Notes: a model not told the origin generated them from the letters alone. Positions 29,324 to 36,567 are shown, numbered from the stretch's first letter. The stretch is DNA of 64,000 nt from a bacterium (GCA_037139975.1 JBAXFJ010000001.1:48586-112585); one strand, 5' to 3'. Numbers and translations: made by a program.

Positions 29324-29679
29324 ATTTTAGATATCCACAGTTTAGCAATTATTGCTTTTTTATTCCATATGGTATTATAGTTCCATATGACAACGGCGAA
29401 GCAAAACCAAAAATTTCCTTTCCATTTTTTGTCGGCTCCCCCCACACCCCCCGCCGAAAATCTAAAATTAAGGAAGGAAAATTTTTGGTTTTTGCTCCCG
29501 CGACCGCAGGGAGCGGACGAGGCGCGCAGAATCCGAGCGTACGATTTAGTTTCAAGTCACCACGCACGCGGAGCGTGCGAAGTCATTACCTCACTTTGTT
29601 TTGGAAATAGGTGCGAGTTTGGTACAATACAGACACCAAAAAGTTAAAACCGGCACAAGGCCGGTTCTCAACTTTTCGG

Positions 29680-29763
29680 TGCCCGGGAGAGGACTCGAAC
29701 CTCCACGCCCGTGAGGGCTTATCCACCTCAAGGATAAATGTCTACCAATTTCAACACCCGGGC
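29680..29763 (-). tRNA. tRNA-Leu(GAG)
   Basis: GCCCGGG/CCCGGGC stem, anticodon GAG, long variable arm, GGTTCGAGTCC. Confidence 0.93.
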
Positions 29764-29774
29764 AACAGGTGTAA

Positions 29775-30296
29775 TTATGCCGCAACTTCCTCCGTTTGTG
29801 GAGCTTCAGTAGCGACGTCTACCTCTACTGCTGGCGCAGTATCCAAAATTTCATCTTCAATCAATGGAGCAACTTCGGCACCTTTCTTTGCAGATGGCGC
29901 CATCTGCACCGACTTGCGCATCGCGCGCTTGACCTCGCGAGTGGCTTTGGTGCGGATGAAATAGAGCTTGGCGCGACGCACCTCGGCACGGCGAAGGATC
30001 TCGATGGAGTCGATCATAGGAGAATAGAGCGGAAAAATCTTTTCAGTCCCGACGCCGCTGGCAACCTTGCGGACGGTAAACATCGAGCCGGCCTCGGTGC
30101 CGTGCTTGACCGCCAAGATGAGCCCCTCGAACGCCTGGGTGCGGGCACTCTTGGTCAACACCTCTTTTTTGTTGGCGCCTTTGGTCTTTTTGAGTTCAAC
30201 GATTTTCTGCCAGACACGCACGGTGTCGCCCGAGCGGAGCCCAAGGCCTGCGCGCTCTTTCATATCAATTGGCGTTGTTTGTATTGCTGATTTCAT
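29775..30296 (-). CDS. rplS: 50S ribosomal protein L19
   Basis: GDTVRV, QAFEGLILA, FTVRKVASGVGTEKIFPLYSP and VRRAKLYFIR. Confidence 0.95.
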   Translation of the reverse strand: MKSAIQTTPIDMKERAGLGLRSGDTVRVWQKIVELKKTKGANKKEVLTKSARTQAFEGLILAVKHGTEAGSMFTVRKVASGVGTEKIFPLYSPMIDSIEILRRAEVRRAKLYFIRTKATREVKRAMRKSVQMAPSAKKGAEVAPLIEDEILDTAPAVEVDVATEAPQTEEVAA

Positions 30297-30414
30297 TGCT
30301 TAGAGACTGTACCACAGAGCAAAGCACTACGCAAAACACAAACCTTCAGGAGTACAAAAATTTCCTGCTGATAAATTTTCTCAATCCTCGCGCCGACGCG
30401 CTCAGAAGCCTCCT

Positions 30415-31152
30415 TTAGGCTTGTTTTTGCTCCGACAAAATCGCTTCTGCTGTCACAAAATCGGCGGGCAAGGGCGCGGCAAACGTCACCGTTTTGCCTG
30501 TTTTTGGATGTGTCAGGGTTACCGACAATGCATGGAGCGCAAGACGTTTGAACCCAAGCAAAGAAGCGCGCCCAGGCGCATACAGCCGGTCGCACACAAC
30601 AGGGCGCTGCAAAGAAGCAAAGTGCACGCGGATCTGGTGCGTGCGGCCCGTCTTGGGGAAGACTTCCGCATAGGAGACTTCGGGCGAACGGGCGATGATG
30701 CGAAACGTTGTGAGCGCATCGCGCATCAGGCCGTGCGCGCTTTTGGCTTTGACTGAACGAGGACCTGAACCACCGCGGCTGCTGCCGATGGGCTTGTCGA
30801 TGATCCCACGGTCGTCTTTGATGTTGCCATACACAAACACGCGATAGGTTTTTTGCACTTCCCTGTCATGAAACTGTGCCTTCAAATTCTCGTATGACTC
30901 CTGCGTACGAGCAACCAAAAGCACGCCCGACGTCTCGCGGTCGATGCGGTGTACGATGCCCGGCCGCTGAATAACCACCCCCGATTCGAGCGTTTGCTCT
31001 TCCCCCACACCCTCGAGCTCGGGATATTTGGGCAGGAGCCAATCCACCAGCGTGGACTTGGGTGACCGCCCATCAGCATGAACGCTTAAGCCCGCAGGCT
31101 TGTCTATAACGATAAGCGAGTCGTCTTCAAAAAGGATTATTGGTTCGGGCAT
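30415..31152 (-). CDS. RluA/RluD-family pseudouridine synthase
   Basis: KPAGLSVH, RPGIVHRIDRETSG, TGRTHQIRVH and LALHA. Confidence 0.93.
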   Translation of the reverse strand: MPEPIILFEDDSLIVIDKPAGLSVHADGRSPKSTLVDWLLPKYPELEGVGEEQTLESGVVIQRPGIVHRIDRETSGVLLVARTQESYENLKAQFHDREVQKTYRVFVYGNIKDDRGIIDKPIGSSRGGSGPRSVKAKSAHGLMRDALTTFRIIARSPEVSYAEVFPKTGRTHQIRVHFASLQRPVVCDRLYAPGRASLLGFKRLALHALSVTLTHPKTGKTVTFAAPLPADFVTAEAILSEQKQA

Positions 31153-31162
31153 AGAGGTGTTG

Positions 31163-31284
31163 GAGGGACTCGGTCACAAATAAATTTTCTGCAGAAAATT
31201 TTTCGCGACCCCGGCTCGCGGTCTCGCCTGCTGGCTCGACATCGCTCCGGCTTTCTCGCCCCTCGGATAAATGCTATCGCATTT
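31163..31284. repeat. tRNA-Val trailer element
   Basis: GGTCACAAATA...TTTCGCGACCCC..CTCGCGG...ATCGCTCCGG, bracketed by degenerate tRNA T-arm copies. Confidence 0.65.
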
Positions 31285-31285
31285 G

Positions 31286-31358
31286 TGCGCGGTGAGGGGC
31301 TCGAACCCCCGACCTTCTCTGTGTAAAAGAGTTGCTCTACCAACTGAGCTAACCGCGC
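31286..31358 (-). tRNA. tRNA-Val(TAC)
   Basis: GCGCGGT/ACCGCGC stem, anticodon TAC, GGTTCGAGCCC. Confidence 0.94.
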
Positions 31359-31390
31359 ATTATTGTTTGTTTTGTGCCTTTTGCACACTT

Positions 31391-31529
31391 GGTCACAAAT
31401 ACATTTCTGACGAAATGTTTCGCGACCCCACCTCGCGGTTTTTGCCTTTCGCTACGCTCAAACAAAAACATCGCTCCGGTTCACAAACGCTAAAAAAGTA
31501 AACCAATTTACTTTTTCTTAACGCGTTTG
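31391..31529. repeat. tRNA-Arg(TCT) trailer element
   Basis: Same core as 31172-31250, plus a CACAAACGC...GCGTTTGTG hairpin abutting the tRNA. Confidence 0.65.
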
Positions 31530-31601
31530 TGCCCCCGCGAGGAATCGGACCTCGATAGCCGGCTTAGAAGTCCGGAGTTCTATCCATTAAACTACAGGGG
31601 C
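31530..31601 (-). tRNA. tRNA-Arg(TCT)
   Basis: GCCCCTG/CGGGGGC stem and anticodon TCT; T-loop reads GTCCGA rather than GTTCGA. Confidence 0.88.
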
Positions 31602-31645
31602 GACTCTGGGGGCCTGCAGGTGTACAATACCATCACAACCCAATT

Positions 31646-32143
31646 ATGGCTACTTTTCTCAAACAAAAATATTGGCACGAGCTTTTTGAAGCGGGCGTTG
31701 CCTTTAAAGCACTCAACAGCGTGTGGGAGGTGCTGGGCGGCGTCTTTTTGCTCACCCGCCTGCACTTTTGGTTTACGCACCTGGTTGTCCACATCAGTAA
31801 CTCAGAATTCCTCGGCGAGCACGGCGACTTTTTGTCGCGCCTTCTAACCACTCAAGTGTCACACCTCGCGGCCGACTCAACACGTCTCTTTGTCGGTCTG
31901 TACCTCCTCTTCCACGGACTCATGAATGCTTTTTTGGCCTTTAACCTCTACCGCAATCGCCTGTGGTCGTACCCTGTCTCGATTGCCTTCACCTCACTTT
32001 TTCTTGTGTACCAAACATATCGACTGTTCCACACCCATTCCCCACTCCTGCTTTTCATCACCGTGCTCGATGTATTCTTCATCATCCTCACCTGGCATGA
32101 GTGGCAGTTTCAGAAACAAAAAGTAACGAGCAAAGAGAGTTGA
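31646..32143 (+). CDS. DUF2127-like membrane protein
   Basis: LFEAGVAFKALNSVWEVLGG, YLLFHG, LWSYP and LTWHEW. Confidence 0.75.
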   Translation: MATFLKQKYWHELFEAGVAFKALNSVWEVLGGVFLLTRLHFWFTHLVVHISNSEFLGEHGDFLSRLLTTQVSHLAADSTRLFVGLYLLFHGLMNAFLAFNLYRNRLWSYPVSIAFTSLFLVYQTYRLFHTHSPLLLFITVLDVFFIILTWHEWQFQKQKVTSKES

Positions 32144-32149
32144 GTGACT

Positions 32150-32542
32150 TTAATGCGCCTGTGAGCCCGTGGGGGCATTTGATTCAAAAAGATAGAGAGG
32201 TTCGAAGCCGCCTTCGGGTAGCGGCTCGCCACCACTGGCCAGGATCATTGCCCGACTTTCAAGACCCATCATCGAGCGGGGCGCGAGGTTGGTTGCAAAT
32301 GCACATTTTTTACCCACCAACACCGTGGTATCGGGAAAATGCTTGGCGATGCCTGAAATTACCTGCCGCTCTTCGCTTCCAAAATCTACTTTAAGTTTTA
32401 AAAGTTTTTCCGAACCCTCCACTGGTTCGACAGAAAGAATCTCGCCCACGCGAATTTCTACTTTTTTAAAATCATCAATAGATATGTATGATGTTTTGGG
32501 CGTCTCTTCTTTCTGAATTTCTTTTTGTATTTCTTCTTCCAT
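32150..32542 (-). CDS. Free-standing tRNA-binding OB domain (MetRS C-terminal/CsaA/Trbp111-like)
   Basis: ISIDDFKKVEIRVG, KLLKLKVDFG, RQVISGI and NLAPRSMMGLES. Confidence 0.9.
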   Translation of the reverse strand: MEEEIQKEIQKEETPKTSYISIDDFKKVEIRVGEILSVEPVEGSEKLLKLKVDFGSEERQVISGIAKHFPDTTVLVGKKCAFATNLAPRSMMGLESRAMILASGGEPLPEGGFEPLYLFESNAPTGSQAH

Positions 32543-32545
32543 ATT

Positions 32546-32594
32546 TGTTTTGGTTTTAAAGGCGACTCCTCAGCTTTGGGAGGTGTTGCCTTGA
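32546..32594. repeat. Dispersed ~49-bp REP-like hairpin repeat
   Basis: Reverse complement TCAAGGCAACACCTCCCAAAGCTGAGGAGTCGCCTTTAAAACCAAAACA closely matches 44568-44615. Confidence 0.75.
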
Positions 32595-32596
32595 TT

Positions 32597-33022
32597 CTAG
32601 CTGTTTCTTTGGTTTCGGTCGAGATAACTCTGCAAAATTAGTGCCGCAGCAGAGGCATCGAGCTTTACATGTGATGGGTTTTCTTTTCTTGACCCGTCGG
32701 GTGCAAACTGCCGGGCCGCAGCCATGCTCGTCAAAAATTCTTTTTCATACACAACTGGAACACCTGCAAGCTCTGGTAAATTTTCAAGACTTTTTTTAAA
32801 CTCAGCAACCTTTTCCATCACCGTGTTTGCTTCGCCCTGGAAGTTGTGCGACTCGCCCACCACCACTTGCCCCACCCCCTCTTTTTTTACAATATCCACA
32901 ATCTCCTCAAGCGCACTTGGCCCCGCCTTCACCGTGCTGTGAGGAAACGCAAGCGTCCCCGTCTCATCTGAGACAGCCACACCGATGCGCTTTGTGCCAA
33001 AGTCTATACCAAGGGATTTCAT
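32597..33022 (-). CDS. ruvX: RuvX/YqgF pre-16S rRNA nuclease
   Basis: LGIDFGTKRIGVAVSD, EFLTS and DASAAALILQSYL. Confidence 0.92.
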   Translation of the reverse strand: MKSLGIDFGTKRIGVAVSDETGTLAFPHSTVKAGPSALEEIVDIVKKEGVGQVVVGESHNFQGEANTVMEKVAEFKKSLENLPELAGVPVVYEKEFLTSMAAARQFAPDGSRKENPSHVKLDASAAALILQSYLDRNQRNS

Positions 33023-33025
33023 GGG

Positions 33026-33110
33026 CGGAGGAGGTGAGATTCGAACTCACGGTACCTTGCGGCACTCCTGTTTTCAAGACAGGTGCACTAAACCACTATG
33101 CGACTCCTCC
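33026..33110 (-). tRNA. tRNA-Ser(TGA)
   Basis: GGAGGAG/CCTCCTCC acceptor region, anticodon TGA, long variable arm, GTTCGAATC. Confidence 0.94.
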
Positions 33111-33183
33111 AATAAAACACACAATACACTTTTTATGTGCTGCGTGCCACATCCATTCGAGAATTTACTTGTATACTAAAGCT

Positions 33184-33648
33184 ATGGCAGATGGGACTAT
33201 TTCCTGGCAGGTAGCAACACACACGCACTATGAACGCTCGCCCGACTGGTATTGGACACTCGGCGTTGTGGCAGTGGTGGGTGCGGGCATCTCCATCTAT
33301 TTCAGCAACATGCTTTTTGCGCTCATCTTGTTGATTGGCGCAAGCTCGGTCGGCATGCTCGTGGCGCGTGGACCGCGCGAACACCTCGTCTCGCTTGGTG
33401 CGCGCGGCGTTTCGATGGACGGAACACTCTACCCTTACGAATCGGTACAGTCGTTTTGGGTCGAACAGCACGTTGAGACCCCTCGACTTTTTTTGACCAC
33501 ATCAAACTTTCTACACCCACACATCATCATCCCGCTTGATTCCGTCGCACACGGTGAAGAAGTGCGTGGCCACCTCGCACAATATGCCGAAGAAACAGAG
33601 CGCCTCCCCCGCTTTAGCGAAGAGGTCGCAGAAATCTTCGGATTGTAG
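33184..33648 (+). CDS. Conserved two-TM hypothetical protein
   Basis: MADGTISW...HYERSPDWYW, two TM helices, then LYPYESVQSFWV. Confidence 0.7.
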   Translation: MADGTISWQVATHTHYERSPDWYWTLGVVAVVGAGISIYFSNMLFALILLIGASSVGMLVARGPREHLVSLGARGVSMDGTLYPYESVQSFWVEQHVETPRLFLTTSNFLHPHIIIPLDSVAHGEEVRGHLAQYAEETERLPRFSEEVAEIFGL

Positions 33649-35201
33649 TAGTGTGTTGATACGCTCCCGTCGTTCAACGGATAGGACGCATCCTTGCGGA
33701 GGATGCAATGTAGGTTCGATTCCTGCCGGGAGCACCAAGTAGGAAATTGCAAGGTGGAGCTCGCCGCCGCGTCGGACGCGGCGGCTCGCGCGTACTGTGT
33801 TTTGGGCTCGAATTCAAATTGGCGATTTCGCAGAGAATGGTTCGCGCCGATGTTTTTCAGAAATGCTGTCATTCCGCTCAAGTCATTGTGGGAAAGCAGA
33901 TTCGCGGCTTGATTCAAGGACTTTACAAACTCACGAGCTGGTTCGAGCCAAGACACGCCCCTTTGTTCGATGTCGGTGATTTTTTCCTCAACCCTCACTT
34001 TTTGAGATATGAGGATATTCTTTTTGGCGGCGTACTCTGCTGTGGATAGCGCGTCGGCGAGGTAGAGGTTGAGCAACTTTTCTAGTTGGTTGTCCAGTGT
34101 GGTGAGTTCGGTTTTCAAGTTCTCCGCTTCTAGCTTTGCCTCCTCTTTTGCTTTCGTTTCCTCGCTCTCCAACGCCGCCAAAACTTTCTGCGTGTCTTGG
34201 CTCGATAAAGAAACTTTTTGCAGAAACGATTTGATTTGGTTTTCAAGCACATCTTCGCGCAAATATTTCTCGGTACATGCGCCTCGTTTTTTGGTACAGC
34301 GATAGTAGGTGTAGATTCCGCCGTTTCCTTTTGCATATTGCGCTGTAATGCTTGCTCCGCACGAGGCGCACTTCATTAGTCCGAGAAATGCGAATTTGTG
34401 CTTTTTCGTTTCGTGTGTGTTGCCGCGCTTGCTCATCATTTCTTGGCATAAATCAAAAAGTTTCTTTGCAACCAACGGCTCGTGAGTTCCCTCAAAGATT
34501 TCCGCCTTGTATCTCATCAGGCCGATGTAGAACGGATTTTGTAGAATATGCTGAACATTGCTTAATGACACGGGGTTGTTCGCGTTCGTTTTGAGGTCTT
34601 GTTCGGCGCACCAATTTGCGAGAGATTTTAGCGTGTAAGCTCCAGTGGAATACAGTTCGAATAGTTTTTGTACTTTTGGAGCGTTGATGCTGTCCACGTC
34701 AATTCCCCGTGTCTTGGGGTTGTTTATGTATCCCACCGGAGCCCAACCGGGCCAGACGCCGTTCCGTATCTTTTGCCGCAAACCTCGTTTTACGTTTTCT
34801 CGCAAATTGTCGGAGAAATATTTGCTCTGTCCAAAAGCAATATTCAGCATGAACAAACCTTGTGGCGTTGGTTCAAACCAGTGGGTCGGAAATTTGAGGG
34901 AACGAATCAAGCCGCGATCCACCATGTGGATTATCTTGCCCCCGTCTACTGAATTACGCGCGAGACGGTCGGGGTGCCAAGATATGATGCCGTCTGCTTT
35001 CCCACGCTCAATGAATGACAGCATTTCTGCGAACCCTGTTCGCCCGGGCTCTTTTGCGGTTTTCGCCTCGTAGAACGAGGCGACAATATCAAATTTTTCT
35101 TTGGCGGAATACGAAAAAAGCTCAGCAAGCTGAGCTTGGATGCTTAGGACTTGGCGGTCATCTTCTTCGGTGCTTTTCCTTGCGTAGATTACATATTTCA
35201 T
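33435..35201 (-). CDS. Large serine recombinase (integrase); the integrated form reads through the antisense strand of the tRNA
   Basis: YARKS catalytic motif, DRLAR, recombinase domain (APVGY, ILQNPFYIG, HEPLV), zinc ribbon CASC...YYRC...C and a coiled coil. Confidence 0.93.
   Translation of the reverse strand: MKYVIYARKSTEEDDRQVLSIQAQLAELFSYSAKEKFDIVASFYEAKTAKEPGRTGFAEMLSFIERGKADGIISWHPDRLARNSVDGGKIIHMVDRGLIRSLKFPTHWFEPTPQGLFMLNIAFGQSKYFSDNLRENVKRGLRQKIRNGVWPGWAPVGYINNPKTRGIDVDSINAPKVQKLFELYSTGAYTLKSLANWCAEQDLKTNANNPVSLSNVQHILQNPFYIGLMRYKAEIFEGTHEPLVAKKLFDLCQEMMSKRGNTHETKKHKFAFLGLMKCASCGASITAQYAKGNGGIYTYYRCTKKRGACTEKYLREDVLENQIKSFLQKVSLSSQDTQKVLAALESEETKAKEEAKLEAENLKTELTTLDNQLEKLLNLYLADALSTAEYAAKKNILISQKVRVEEKITDIEQRGVSWLEPAREFVKSLNQAANLLSHNDLSGMTAFLKNIGANHSLRNRQFEFEPKTQYARAAASDAAASSTLQFPTWCSRQESNLHCILRKDASYPLNDGSVSTHYYNPKISATSSLKRGRRSVSSAYCARWPRTSSPCATESSGMMMCGCRKFDVVKKSRGVSTCCSTQNDCTDS
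33663..33737 (+). tRNA. tRNA-Arg(GCG)
   Basis: GCTCCCG/CGGGAGC stem, CATCC-TTGCGGA-GGATG anticodon arm, GGTTCGATTCC and encoded CCA. Confidence 0.93.
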
Positions 35202-36513
35202 ATCTCGTTGTGATTACTTGCTAAAGGAATGCCAAAAAGTTTTCTTTTTCCCGAAAGCGAAATCGCCAATTTGAATTCGAGCCCAAAACACAGTACGCGC
35301 GAGCCGCCGCGTCCGACGCGGCGGCGAGCTCCACCTTGCAATTTCCTACTTGGTGCAGGATACTTGAATTAGTGCGAACCAGCTTCCGCGCCGCCGAAGG
35401 CGGCGCAAACCCCCCGCAGAAAATGCAGGCGGCGAAGCCGCACCGCTCGAAAACCGCAAAAGAGCCCGGTGAAAAACATCGGCGCAAACCATTCTCTTTC
35501 GGTGCGGGCGAAGCCCGCTCTGAATTTGTTTCGGGAAAAAGAAAACTTTTTGTCATACAATTTATTTATTAACTCGTTGCTAATTTTATGAATCGAGGAT
35601 TTGCGAACATTGCTTTGATAATCGCTCTAGTCGTTGCCATTATTGGCGGCGCAAGTTATTGGGCTTGGTCGCAAAAGTCGAGCGCGCCTGAAACTTCCGC
35701 AACGACTAAACTGCCAAGTCCACAGCCGAAACCGAACGTAACGAATCAAGTTTCAAATCAGCCAATAAAAACGCAGTACGATGTTGAAACTGATGGTGGA
35801 TTTGGGAATGTTTGCGGAACGTCAACCCAGAGACTTGTGCGAGCGACGTTCGATGGTAAAAAATGGGCCACCACAACACTCTCGGAGTTAGGAACACCAG
35901 GGAAAGACGCCCCACTTTACTGGTTCTTTTCAGCTCCCACAAAAAGCAATCTAATTTTCTTAGGTTCTGCGCATTGTTTTACTGAAGGCGGAGGAGGTGG
36001 TATTTGGTCTTACAGTCTAAAAACCGGTGCGCTCGATGCACTGAGCTTTCCCTACGGCAACCGAGCTCCCACCGATGTATCGCCAGATGGTGCAAGAGTC
36101 GTACAAGTACAAGCGGACATACGGTCTGAAAATCAGACTCTGAGTCTTCTTGACCTCGTCAAAAATACTTCCACTGTGTTGGTGACACTTCCGCAGGGAA
36201 AACATTTTGAGTTTGGTTGCGAACCACTTTCTCCTTGTACGACATCCTCATTACACTGGGTAGATAATTCAACGGTCGAGTACAGTGTCTATGAATCTTC
36301 GCAGACTCCAATAGAGACACATCGGATCAACCTTCCGTAGAACTTCTAATTTCAAAGAACGATGGTGCGTGCTCCGCACGCGCGTACCTAGTCCGCCAAA
36401 GAAAAATTTGATATTGTCAGCGGTGCGGCTTCGCCGCCTGCATTTTCTGCGGGGGGTTTGCGCCGCCTTCGGCGGCGCGGAAGCTGGTTCGCACTAATTC
36501 AAGTATCCTGCAC
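33732..36513. mobile_element. Serine-recombinase element integrated at tRNA-Arg(GCG), with an internal inverted attP copy
   Basis: 100-bp IR (33732-33831 / 35257-35356) and 95-bp IR (35353-35447 / 36419-36513) share a GCAC core at the tRNA 3' end. Confidence 0.88.
35588..36340 (+). CDS. Surface protein with a pilin-like N-terminus and partial beta-propeller (element cargo)
   Basis: MNRGFANIALIIALVVAIIGG; VSPDGARV and WVDNSTVEY propeller motifs. Confidence 0.65.
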   Translation: MNRGFANIALIIALVVAIIGGASYWAWSQKSSAPETSATTKLPSPQPKPNVTNQVSNQPIKTQYDVETDGGFGNVCGTSTQRLVRATFDGKKWATTTLSELGTPGKDAPLYWFFSAPTKSNLIFLGSAHCFTEGGGGGIWSYSLKTGALDALSFPYGNRAPTDVSPDGARVVQVQADIRSENQTLSLLDLVKNTSTVLVTLPQGKHFEFGCEPLSPCTTSSLHWVDNSTVEYSVYESSQTPIETHRINLP

Positions 36514-36525
36514 AGATTAAAAAGA

Positions 36526-36548
36526 AAAATCCCCATTCCGGGGATTTT
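36526..36548. terminator. Bidirectional hairpin terminator (rpsT and probable original tRNA terminator)
   Basis: AAAATCCCC-ATTCC-GGGGATTTT just beyond attR. Confidence 0.6.
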
Positions 36549-36567
36549 CTGATTTATGTAAAGACTT

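Larger units (their letters stand above)
25367..29682. mobile_element. Non-autonomous island at tRNA-Leu: two IR-flanked cassettes with a central inverted att junction
   Basis: 404-bp IR (25367-25770 / 27261-27664) and 291-bp IR (27617-27907 / 29392-29682). A 48-bp core occurs three times with the middle copy inverted. Cargo is AT-rich. Confidence 0.85.

Noticed and set aside
25184-29785. ORFs within the long inverted repeats (e.g. 27211-27708, 25362-25628, 27732-28013, 29349-29567)
   Set aside because: They are duplicated translations of hairpin-rich repeat DNA with no protein motifs, so they are treated as non-coding.
30340-30415. Possible further repeat relic between rplS and the pseudouridine synthase gene; odd peptides in recO (~3240-3290) and at the tsaE C-terminus
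   Set aside because: I could not find a clean inverted repeat or a second copy by eye.
31530-31601. tRNA-Arg(TCT) as a pseudogene because of its GTCCGA T-loop
   Set aside because: All four stems can still form, and a single loop variant is not enough evidence.
25367-36513. Reading the repeats as a CRISPR array, integron, DGR or IS110 bridge-RNA system
   Set aside because: There is no regular repeat-spacer period, and no cas gene, tyrosine integrase, reverse transcriptase or DEDD recombinase in the window.
25367-36513. Simple tandem integration or pure assembly collapse as the explanation
   Set aside because: Tandem integration gives a direct central attP, but here it is inverted at two loci, with unique junctions and 22-28 bp cross-matches. 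Long-read confirmation is still needed, and the orientation of X and Y may be arbitrary.
33435-36513. Prophage
   Set aside because: The element is only about 2.8 kb and has no structural, replication or lysis genes.
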